Positions 29,940-38,287 of a stretch of 64,000 nucleotides of DNA are shown piece by piece. The translations under genes and the position numbers were made by a program. Location of the stretch: NCBI GenBank assembly GCA_963716395.1, contig OY970309.1:2048001-2112000 (forward strand), in the 5' to 3' direction. How positions within the stretch are numbered: the stretch's first letter is position 1; each line of letters begins with the position of its first letter. Below the pieces are notes generated by a model. That model had not been told where the DNA came from. It saw nothing but the letters and a program-made list of their open reading frames with translations, and did not search any database. This DNA comes from an uncultured Fibrobacteria bacterium (GTDB lineage: Bacteria > Fibrobacterota > Fibrobacteria > UBA11236).

Positions 29940-30063
29940 CCGCGGACATCCGGCCGGGTGAGGCTAGTCGCATCGGTCGAAGGACGCCAGCCGCGGCGGA
30001 TTGAAACGGAACTATATGAGATCGCTTTTAACGTTTCCGCGCCGAGTGACTTCGGTGCAGGCG
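29940..30063. repeat. REP-like module, copy 5
   Basis: CGGCCGGGTGAGGCTAGTCGCATCGGTCGAAGG...GCGGCGGATTGAAACGG...GACTTCGGTGCAGGC. Confidence 0.75.
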
Positions 30064-30262
30064 CTGGGTGCGTCACAGGGCCGCGGAGTGTGGCATTTGA
30101 TCCTTTGAGCACACCGAAAATCACCTCCGAGAAGATGGGGGGACTCGGATGCGGAAAACCACTAATCCAAGCCTATCAACGCGAGGGTGGAAGATGAGGA
30201 AACAGCAAGGAATTTCAGATGGAATAGAGATCCTCGATTTGCCGAAACGCAAGTAAGTAGGA

Positions 30263-31618
30263 TCAGTTCCCCTTAATGATTTTTTCCTCCCCACTTTCAT
30301 GTCCATCAATGCTTGCCCGGCAGAGATAAACACCGGCACTCGCGCGTTTCGCGTTCCAAACGGCCGCGTGTGTGCCGGCGGGCATGATACCATTGACGAT
30401 CTCGGCGATTTCCCGGCCTTGCACATCGACGATACTCATGCGCACGCGACCGGCACTCTGCAAGGCATAACCGATAACCATCCCGCCGTTGGATAAAGCG
30501 TAATTGACCGTGAAAATGGATTTTGCTTTCGGATGGCCGGCATCATTCAAGGTCGGTGTCGTGTTACTGCCGTACCCTGCGGCGACAATATTTGTCTGCA
30601 CGGAGTCGTCAATCGAATCCGGTGGATTGCCGCTTACAATGGCACCTTCGAAAAAGGTTCCGTCGCCGCCGGAACTGCCGTCACCGCCCGTTCCCAGTTC
30701 TATGCCGCCTTCCTTCCGCATGGGGCTGTAGCCGCCGGAGGGACGTGCTCCATCCCACTTCGTGCCCAGGGAACCGGACTGCGCGTCGCCGCCCTTGAGC
30801 GTGAAATGATTCCCGGAAGGACCTTTGAGCATAGTCGTAACATAATTGGCCGTCACCGGCGTGTTACTTTGCACCGTACCGGTGCTTTGACTTCCGGCAT
30901 AGACGCCATTTTCCAGATCCGCCAGCACCCAGGGGCCATTGCCGGTGCCCTGGGACCAATTCGGGACATTTCCCCAGTTGATCGTCTCCATGGTGCCGGT
31001 GCCGTCGTCATTGCCGGAGGTCTCTACATTCCCGAAATCGAAGCAGCAGCGATTGTTGTAATACTTTCCATCCACCACCATGTACATCGCCTCCGCCTGG
31101 TCGCCGGTCGCCACTCCTTGGGTTTTGTCATTCCGATACGAGTTGCCTCCTCCCCCGCCGCCATCGGGAAGCACGTGGACACCATAAACCGTATGTCCGC
31201 CCAGGACGATCTTGGCGGCCGTCGCGTTCGTTCCCGTGCCTCCGTTCGGCAGATGCAGCACCGGCGGAGAAACCGGGAGATCATTGCCGTTCGGGGACTG
31301 ATCGTAGATCTTCGCGATGATTCCCGTCGTGGCGGTTAAGAACGAGTCCTGCGCGGCGGCATTGGCGACGCCGCCGGGAGTCAGAACACCGATATCTTTT
31401 GTTTGGTTGTCCGACTGGCGCTTTACCTGGTAAAGGGGGCCGCTATACGAACTGTAAAGGGCTCGTACGGTGCTGTACGCGCCAACGCACGGCGTTCCCC
31501 CGGCGGCATAAATATCGCACGGACCTTTCGCGGCATAGATTTTTTCCCGCGCCGCCCCAACGCCTAAAATGATCAAAAGCGCAACGCGGAAACAGTTCCG
31601 TAAGCCGAATCTTTGCAT
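30263..31618 (-). CDS. abfB: GH54 alpha-L-arabinofuranosidase B with C-terminal sorting domain
   Basis: GPCDIYAAGGTPCVGAYSTVRALY, CCFDFGNVE, GPWVLADLENG, MRKEGGIELGTGGDGS and FFEGAI motifs. Confidence 0.92.
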   Translation of the reverse strand: MQRFGLRNCFRVALLIILGVGAAREKIYAAKGPCDIYAAGGTPCVGAYSTVRALYSSYSGPLYQVKRQSDNQTKDIGVLTPGGVANAAAQDSFLTATTGIIAKIYDQSPNGNDLPVSPPVLHLPNGGTGTNATAAKIVLGGHTVYGVHVLPDGGGGGGNSYRNDKTQGVATGDQAEAMYMVVDGKYYNNRCCFDFGNVETSGNDDGTGTMETINWGNVPNWSQGTGNGPWVLADLENGVYAGSQSTGTVQSNTPVTANYVTTMLKGPSGNHFTLKGGDAQSGSLGTKWDGARPSGGYSPMRKEGGIELGTGGDGSSGGDGTFFEGAIVSGNPPDSIDDSVQTNIVAAGYGSNTTPTLNDAGHPKAKSIFTVNYALSNGGMVIGYALQSAGRVRMSIVDVQGREIAEIVNGIMPAGTHAAVWNAKRASAGVYLCRASIDGHESGEEKIIKGN

Positions 31619-31844
31619 AAATGGTCTTCCTCTTCTTTTCCTTTGAAGATTGGTCTCTGCCTAGTCTTGCGAGCGACGCGACGCAAGATATCCCTTACAT
31701 AGGTTTCATAATATCGCGCAGAAGTGTCCATCCGGGGGGCTTCATGCAATGAGTACGGGAGTTCCTGCGCTTTCGTGATCGGTGTTTCAGCGCCGGCCCT
31801 ATGAAAAAAAGTGCCTTTTGAACAATTGGGCGAAGAAATTTTGG

Positions 31845-31965
31845 AGCAAAAGTGAAGTATCAGGCGGTAGAGATGGGGCGTGGGGTATAAATTGAGAGAC
31901 TGGGACAGACGATTGGACGTTGGCTCGAAGAGAGATTTTCGGATAAGGAGTTCGAATTGACTTTT
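31845..31965 (+). mobile_element. G-rich oriIS-like element copy
   Basis: ATCAGGCGGTAGAGATGGGGCGTGGGGTATAAATTGAGAG is near-identical to 36412-36451; ends GGAGTTCGAATTGACTTTT. Confidence 0.65.
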
Positions 31966-32042
31966 AACATCCGAAAAAAATTAAACGGTTCAATCGCAGT
32001 TCGAGCCGTCACATTTTCTTAGGTAGGGAAGGGAATTCTGAA

Positions 32043-34094
32043 ATGATCGCTGCTTTTTCTTTCAAAAACACATGCAAAAAACGGCGGCTTCGATCGGTAA
32101 CGATAGCCTTCGCGGTAGGTATCATCGGATTTCCGGGAATCGGCACCAGCGGCGAAGCCGCAACCGTGCAGGCCACCTACTACGTTTCTCCTTCCGGCAG
32201 CGACCTAAACGCAGGAACCTTGCAGGCGCCGTTTCAAACCATTACCAAGGCGCGCGATGTTGTGCAGACGATCAGCAAAAGCATGACCGGTGATATCATC
32301 GTGTATCTCCGCGGAGGGACGTATACAATCGATTCTACTATTTCCATCGGTACTTCCTGTTCCGGGACTAATGGGTACACTATAAAGTTCATGAACTATA
32401 CTGGTGAAACTCCGGTAATAAGCGGTGGTCATGTCATTACCGGATGGATCCTGAGCGATACGGCCAAAAACATCTATCAGGCGACCGGCGTCTCCTTCAA
32501 TTTTCGCCAATTATATGTTAATGGCGTGAAGGCGATTCGAGCCCGTACACCGAATTTAATCAACGGAAATACGCCGAATTTCTGGAAGCTCACTGGAGTC
32601 GATGCGAACGCTAAAAATGTCCAGGTGGAGAGTTCGAAGGTTTCGAACTGGAACAATTTCAAGAATGTTGAAATGGAACTGATTCTCTGCTGGGGGGACA
32701 ACACCTTACGGCTCGACTCCTATTCGGTATCTGGTTCCACCGCGTATCTTAAATTCCAGAGTCCGGAACAGGATATCGTATTCCAGCGTCCCAATCCGGG
32801 TTTCGGTTTTTGCGGTCAGCAGCGCTATTTCTTTGAAAACGCTTACGAGTTCCTGGATACGGCCGGCGAATGGTATTTGAACCAGTCGACAAATTCCCTG
32901 TACTACAAACCGCGCGCCGGAGAAACCATGGCGACCGCAACGGTCATTGCACCGAAAGTCGATACGCTCTTAAGCGTTCGGGGCGCGAGTACTACCGACC
33001 AGGCGCACAACGTAACGTTTTCCGGTATCGATTTCCTGTATGGCCGCTATCTTCGGCCCAGCAATTACGGTTTTCTTGACGCGCAGGCCGGCCAGTACAA
33101 CGTAGCTGCCAACTCAAATAACCAGCAGTATGTCGGACGGCCCGCCGCCAACGTCTACGTGGCATGTGCAAATCACATTCGCTTCGAGCGATGCGTGTTT
33201 GCACATCTGGGAGCCACGGGCCTTGACTTCAATTACGGAACGCACGACGACATGATTATCGGGAACGTGTTCACCGATATCGCCGGTAACGGTGTTTCCA
33301 TTGCCAAATTTACGCAAGACACCACGGTTGAATACCATGTGGCCTATACCCCTTCCGATTCCAACGAACGCTGCATCCGCGATACGATCCGGGACAATTA
33401 TATCGATAACGTCGCCACGGAAATGTTCGGCAGTTGCGGGATTGCCTGCGGGTATCCCCGCATGGTGAATATCGTTCACAATGAGGTGTGCAACACCAGT
33501 TATACCGCCATTTCCGTCGGTTACGGATGGACTGCTACCGTGAACCCCATGAGCAACAATCACATCGATTCCAATGATGTTCACAACTTTGCCCTCATGC
33601 TGGGCGACGCAGGGGGCATCTATACGCTGTCGAACCAACAGCCGAATTCCACGATCCATTACAACTATCTCCACGATTATTTTCCCGTGGCCTGGGCTGA
33701 TAACGGAATAAACGGGATTTATTTGGACGAACAAACCAGCGGTTATGATATTGTCGGTAACGTTTTTGTCAACGCTGTCGGCGACCAGACGGTGCATCAT
33801 AACCAGTCGCCGAATAACACGGAGTCCAATAACAGCGGCACGAGCGCGACGACGATTGCCAATGCGGGAATCGAGGCCGCCTATGCCGACATCAAAAATA
33901 TCACCATTCCGATCCCCACGGAAATTATCTCGGCGCAAAATCCGACGAAAACGCCGGCATCGGCACAGGTTCATCCCGCTCAATCCAACCGGGTTTATTC
34001 GCTCTCCGGACGATATCTTGGGACGGAAAAATCCTTATCCGCAAAAAATGTGAAACCGCTTTATCTCTGCGGCCATCAACCTTGTGCGCCCTGA
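32043..34094 (+). CDS. Secreted right-handed beta-helix glycoside hydrolase (GH141-like)
   Basis: YYVSPSGSD..GT..APFQTI..AR, GDIIVYLRGGTY, ENAYEFLDTAGEWY, YTAISVGYGW, DAGGIYTLS and IYLDE motifs. Confidence 0.8.
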   Translation: MIAAFSFKNTCKKRRLRSVTIAFAVGIIGFPGIGTSGEAATVQATYYVSPSGSDLNAGTLQAPFQTITKARDVVQTISKSMTGDIIVYLRGGTYTIDSTISIGTSCSGTNGYTIKFMNYTGETPVISGGHVITGWILSDTAKNIYQATGVSFNFRQLYVNGVKAIRARTPNLINGNTPNFWKLTGVDANAKNVQVESSKVSNWNNFKNVEMELILCWGDNTLRLDSYSVSGSTAYLKFQSPEQDIVFQRPNPGFGFCGQQRYFFENAYEFLDTAGEWYLNQSTNSLYYKPRAGETMATATVIAPKVDTLLSVRGASTTDQAHNVTFSGIDFLYGRYLRPSNYGFLDAQAGQYNVAANSNNQQYVGRPAANVYVACANHIRFERCVFAHLGATGLDFNYGTHDDMIIGNVFTDIAGNGVSIAKFTQDTTVEYHVAYTPSDSNERCIRDTIRDNYIDNVATEMFGSCGIACGYPRMVNIVHNEVCNTSYTAISVGYGWTATVNPMSNNHIDSNDVHNFALMLGDAGGIYTLSNQQPNSTIHYNYLHDYFPVAWADNGINGIYLDEQTSGYDIVGNVFVNAVGDQTVHHNQSPNNTESNNSGTSATTIANAGIEAAYADIKNITIPIPTEIISAQNPTKTPASAQVHPAQSNRVYSLSGRYLGTEKSLSAKNVKPLYLCGHQPCAP

Positions 34095-34371
34095 GAATAC
34101 CGCAGAAGAAAATCGCGTTTTGGGCACAAACAAAATCTTTAACCTAAACCGGGTCCAAATACCGCTACTACAAGTTCGGGTCATCCGATCATTGTTTGTG
34201 CGAGTTATTTCCCTTCAGGAATTGGAACGTCCGGCGTTCCGCAATCTGGAGTGTAAGGCCAATCAGCAAGAACAGAATCGGATTAATGCCCGCTGCAAAA
34301 ATCGTCATCTCAAGGCGCAAAGCAATTTCTCGCAATAACTCGTACGTCCTCTCGGCTAACCTGCGGTGAAA

Positions 34372-34513
34372 TGAGGTGAAGTGCGTCGTGGGCTTGAACT
34401 GCGCAGCGATTTGAGAGCGGAATGCGGGGTTCAGGTGGGGAAAAGGAGGGTGCGCGGCTCGAAACCAGGGTAGGGTACTATTGCTGGGAGCCGGGTTTTG
34501 ATTTACCTATGCT
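34372..34513 (+). mobile_element. G-rich oriIS-like element copy
   Basis: GTGAAGTGCGTCGTGGGCTTGAA...CGGGTTTTGATTTACCTATGCT. Confidence 0.65.
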
Positions 34514-34516
34514 CCC

Positions 34517-34906
34517 ATGCTTGCCAATATCAGAACCATAATCGTCAGTTCCTTGCTCGGCGCCTTCGTGCTCTGGAGTTGCGACAACTCCACCAATCCC
34601 GGGCCTTCCAACCCGGTCATCGGAACCTGGAAGGGTACCGTATCGGACTCCACCATGACCATGGTGGTTACGAACGATTCCACCTTCTCAACCGTTTTAC
34701 CCAACCCCGCGGGAACCTATAACTTGACCGGGAAATACACATACGCCGGCAACACCATTACCTTATCCTATGCCAGCGCCTTACAGGGAACGGAAGGCAT
34801 TCCCCCGCCCTCCACTCCCGTTACCGGAACCCTTTCCGGAAATAAAATGACGATTCCGGTTCCCTATACTTCTGCCGGGGATTCCGTCACTCTCAGCAAA
34901 CAATAA
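34517..34906 (+). CDS. Small lipoprotein (lipocalin-like beta-barrel)
   Basis: Lipobox LWSC; VIGTWKG motif. Confidence 0.75.
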   Translation: MLANIRTIIVSSLLGAFVLWSCDNSTNPGPSNPVIGTWKGTVSDSTMTMVVTNDSTFSTVLPNPAGTYNLTGKYTYAGNTITLSYASALQGTEGIPPPSTPVTGTLSGNKMTIPVPYTSAGDSVTLSKQ

Positions 34907-34983
34907 CTGCGGCGCGATCGGGTCGAAACCGGATCGGGTGCCTTCTCACCTACAAAGAGGGGAAGGCGGTTTATCCCGACCCC

Positions 34984-36033
34984 TTATTGAGGGTTCTTCC
35001 CATTGAAAAGAATGGCCTTTTTCCCTTCACCGGGCGACTGGGCGTTTTTGGCTTGAATGATGTCCAGGACTCTTCCATCCACGGAAATGATTTCCAATTC
35101 CCCTGCCGATAAATCCTGGCCGGAAACCGGCATCATCCGCAAATTGTTCCGAATGGAAACGGAACCATTACGAGGTTCCCAGGTCGCGCTGGAAAGGGAA
35201 AGGTAGGCCTTCGCATAGCGCGTCCCCAATTCCTGAAACCCCGCCGCGGTAAAATGCCATACGTCCTTGCCGTTTCCCACCAAACCCGCGGACGAAGCTA
35301 CGGCGCAATGGGCGTATTTGGCAGGAAGACCGTCGACCATCTTGTTGAAGGCCGAATTGTCTTGGGACGGACTGGTGTTGTCTGAGCGTAATTCGCCCAC
35401 TACCACCGGAGTGGTGGAATCAAGGCTGAGGTCTTTTTTGATGTTGTCGAAAATCTGCATGGCCATTACATCCCAAGCCGTGCTGGAACCCGATCCGCTT
35501 TCGCCTTGGTGCAGGAGAATACCCTTGATGACGCCGACTTGCTGGGCCAATTTGCAGCGCGCAATCATCCAAGCATAGGCGTTCTTGCCGTTGGGCGGCC
35601 CGATATTGGCGTTGGGTCCGTTGGGGAGAAAAACATTCAGGGCCACTCCCGCCAGGGCGCAAGGAATAAGCCCGACGCGAACGTCCGAGCGAACCGAATC
35701 CAACAAGGTTTTGGCGAAAAAATCCCCCGGGCAAATTCCTTCATTGCAATCGTGCAAGGGCGGAAAAGCCGTATACCATTGGTCGGTCGTACGGTTCAAG
35801 GGAAACTTGCATTCCGGACTGGCATTGGTGCAATTCATGTAGGCCATCACCGTGACCCGGGATGTGGTATCGCATTCGCCGGTCACCACCGGGCTGGTGG
35901 CCCCTCCGCCCGTCATATTCGATTGTCCGAAAAGCAGGTAAATGTGGTAGTTCGGGTCGGGGGCCGCATGCGCTTCCCCGACCAGAAATGCGGACATCAA
36001 AGCCAAACCGGGAAAAAGCGAAGCTAACCTCAT
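34984..36033 (-). CDS. CE6 / sialate O-acetylesterase-family acetyl xylan esterase
   Basis: PDPNYHIYLLFGQSNM, GVIKGILLHQGES and DVWHF motifs; signal peptide from ATG 36033. Confidence 0.88.
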   Translation of the reverse strand: MRLASLFPGLALMSAFLVGEAHAAPDPNYHIYLLFGQSNMTGGGATSPVVTGECDTTSRVTVMAYMNCTNASPECKFPLNRTTDQWYTAFPPLHDCNEGICPGDFFAKTLLDSVRSDVRVGLIPCALAGVALNVFLPNGPNANIGPPNGKNAYAWMIARCKLAQQVGVIKGILLHQGESGSGSSTAWDVMAMQIFDNIKKDLSLDSTTPVVVGELRSDNTSPSQDNSAFNKMVDGLPAKYAHCAVASSAGLVGNGKDVWHFTAAGFQELGTRYAKAYLSLSSATWEPRNGSVSIRNNLRMMPVSGQDLSAGELEIISVDGRVLDIIQAKNAQSPGEGKKAILFNGKNPQ

Positions 36034-36351
36034 AGCGTGTTTTCCATTCTGTTTAATGGCTCGCCCGCTTTGGGCCAACCCGTTTTCGGAATTGAAGCAT
36101 GCAATTAATCAGTCCTAATTTATCCTCGGCCGGTAAATACCGCAGTAGAAGCCTGGGCGAATTTAGCCGGCGTCGGCTGGAACGAGCGAGAAACTCGTAG
36201 CGGCATCAATTTCCACTCGGGAATCGCGCGCGATTGCGGACGGAAAACCAATTTTGGGAATCAATTAGCGTTGGTTTTACACCTGTTTGTGTCCATGGAT
36301 TTGGGAACCCGCATCTGTTTCCCAAACAACTTGGAAATACGCTTCGAAAAG

Positions 36352-36524
36352 CAGAAGTGAAGTGCGCCTCGGGTTGAATCCGGCGATGAATTTATGCAGA
36401 AAAAGTCAAAAATCAGGCGGTAGAAATGGGGGGTGGGGCATAAATTGAGAGCCTGGGGCAGGCAATTCGGGGGTAGGGCGAAGAGGAAAATTATGGGGAA
36501 AACGGGTTCGATTTACCTATTCCC
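36352..36524 (+). mobile_element. G-rich oriIS-like element, most complete copy
   Basis: GAAGTGAAGTGCGCCTCGGGTTGAATCC...ATCAGGCGGTAGAAATGGGGGGTGGGGCATAAATTGAGAG...AAACGGGTTCGATTTACCTATTCCC. Confidence 0.7.
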
Positions 36525-36597
36525 CAATGTGCATCGATAACAGAGGCAGAAAAATGGAATATTCATCACGTGGAATTGGTGCTAATCATTCCGAAAA

Positions 36598-38130
36598 ATG
36601 TTTTCACCCCTGAACTCGAAACGGATGAAGCGGATGTTTTTCAGGGCGCTCCTGGCATGCCTCTCCCTTCCCCTGTTCAGCCAAACCATGGCGGCATACG
36701 CCACCGATGTGACCGTGAACCCGGCCGTCAAACACCAGGTGATCGACGGCTTCGGAGCCTCCAGCGCCTGGTGCGGGACCATCAGCAGCACGGTGATGAA
36801 TTCGCTTTACGGCGATCTGGGCTTCAGCATCCTGCGCGTGCGGATTGAAGAAGGTATCGGAGACAGTTGGCAGAACGGGCCCTACACGAGCTGGGCGCCC
36901 GAACTCGCCAACGCGAAAAGCGCAATTGCCCACGGCGCCATCGTGTTCGCGTCTCCATGGAATCCCCCGCCCAGCATCCGGACGGCGGGGACCGGCGGCA
37001 ATGAATATATGGTGGACAGCAGCATGTGGCCGACCTACCGGGACTACCTGAACGCCTATGTCAAGTACTTCAAGGACAACGGCGTCGACCTTTACGCCAT
37101 CTCCATCCAGAACGAGCCGGACTACGCCAACAGTTGGACGGGCTGGTCCGCGGCCCAGATCCACAACTTCATCCTGGAGTACGGCGCCTCCATCACCACC
37201 AAGCTGATCTCGGGGGAGTCGTTCACTTACAACAAGGCCTACTATGACCCCATCCTTAACGACACCAAGGCCCTCGCCAATGTCGCCATCTTCGGCACTC
37301 ACATCTACGGGACTTCGGTGAGCAATTACGCCTATCCCCTCTTCCAACAGATCGGCGTGCCGGCGGGCAAGAAGCTCTGGATGACCGAACACTATCTCAA
37401 CAGCGACGACAACATCACCACCACGATCATGCCGGTCGCCAAGGAGATCCACGACTGCCTGGTCACGGGGAACATGAACGCCTACGTCTACTGGTGGATC
37501 ACCTACGGCAACGGCTTGGCCACGTCTTCCGGCACCATCTACAAGCGGGCCTACGTAATCGGGCAGTTCGCCAAGTACGTCCGCCCGGGCTACTACCGCG
37601 TGGACGCCACCGAAACCCCCGCCACCAACGTATCTGTGAGCGCCTACGCCGGCGCCGACTCGGTGGTCATCGTGGCCATCAATACCGGCACCAGCGCCGT
37701 GAGCCAGAATTTCAGCATTCAGAACGCGACCGTTGCCCAGTTTTCCTCGTGGAACACCACCGCCAACACCAATATGGCCGCGGGTTCGGCGGCTACCGTG
37801 ACGGGTGGCTCGTTTACCGCGAGCCTTCCGGCCCAGAGCATCACCACCTTTGTCGGTAAGAACACCGCGACCTCCCTCATTTCGCGTTCGCTGGCTTCCA
37901 CGCCGGCTGCGGAATTCAAAACGGTGCTTTCGGGGGGAAACATCGTTGTCACCCCCGCGAACAAAGACAACGGCTATAACATTTCGGTGTACATGCTGAA
38001 TGGGCCTTTGGTTGCAAGCAAGCGCGGAAACCGCGGTGTCTTGGCGATTCCGGTCAGCACCAAAGGTCTCTACGTCGTCGACATCACCGCAAACGGACGG
38101 AAGCAGCGAAATATCCTGCCGGTTTACTGA
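36598..38130 (+). CDS. GH30_8 glucuronoxylanase (XynC-like) with C-terminal sorting domain
   Basis: QVIDGFG, LGFSILRVRI, VFASPWNPP, LYAISIQNEPDYA, LWMTEH, AYVYWW and GQFAKYVRPGYYRVDAT motifs. Confidence 0.9.
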   Translation: MFSPLNSKRMKRMFFRALLACLSLPLFSQTMAAYATDVTVNPAVKHQVIDGFGASSAWCGTISSTVMNSLYGDLGFSILRVRIEEGIGDSWQNGPYTSWAPELANAKSAIAHGAIVFASPWNPPPSIRTAGTGGNEYMVDSSMWPTYRDYLNAYVKYFKDNGVDLYAISIQNEPDYANSWTGWSAAQIHNFILEYGASITTKLISGESFTYNKAYYDPILNDTKALANVAIFGTHIYGTSVSNYAYPLFQQIGVPAGKKLWMTEHYLNSDDNITTTIMPVAKEIHDCLVTGNMNAYVYWWITYGNGLATSSGTIYKRAYVIGQFAKYVRPGYYRVDATETPATNVSVSAYAGADSVVIVAINTGTSAVSQNFSIQNATVAQFSSWNTTANTNMAAGSAATVTGGSFTASLPAQSITTFVGKNTATSLISRSLASTPAAEFKTVLSGGNIVVTPANKDNGYNISVYMLNGPLVASKRGNRGVLAIPVSTKGLYVVDITANGRKQRNILPVY

Positions 38131-38169
38131 CAGGAGTCGCGGCCCCGGCCATGATTTTAGTTTTGCACG

Positions 38170-38287
38170 GTGGAAAACCGGTGGGGTAAATGCGCGCGTG
38201 TGGTTCGCATCGGGGTGCAATGAATAGCTCAGTTGAAGTTGGGTTCGTGGGTCGGTGATGGGAACCAAGCTTCGATTTGCCTATGCA
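38170..38287 (+). mobile_element. G-rich oriIS-like element copy overlapping the next start codon
   Basis: GGTGGGGTAAATGCGCGCGTGTGGTTCGCATCGGGG...AAGCTTCGATTTGCCTATGC. Confidence 0.5.

Noticed and set aside
27639-36515. tRNA genes suggested by GGTTCGATT (T-loop-like)
   Set aside because: No cloverleaf can be formed; the motif is the end of the repeated G-rich element.
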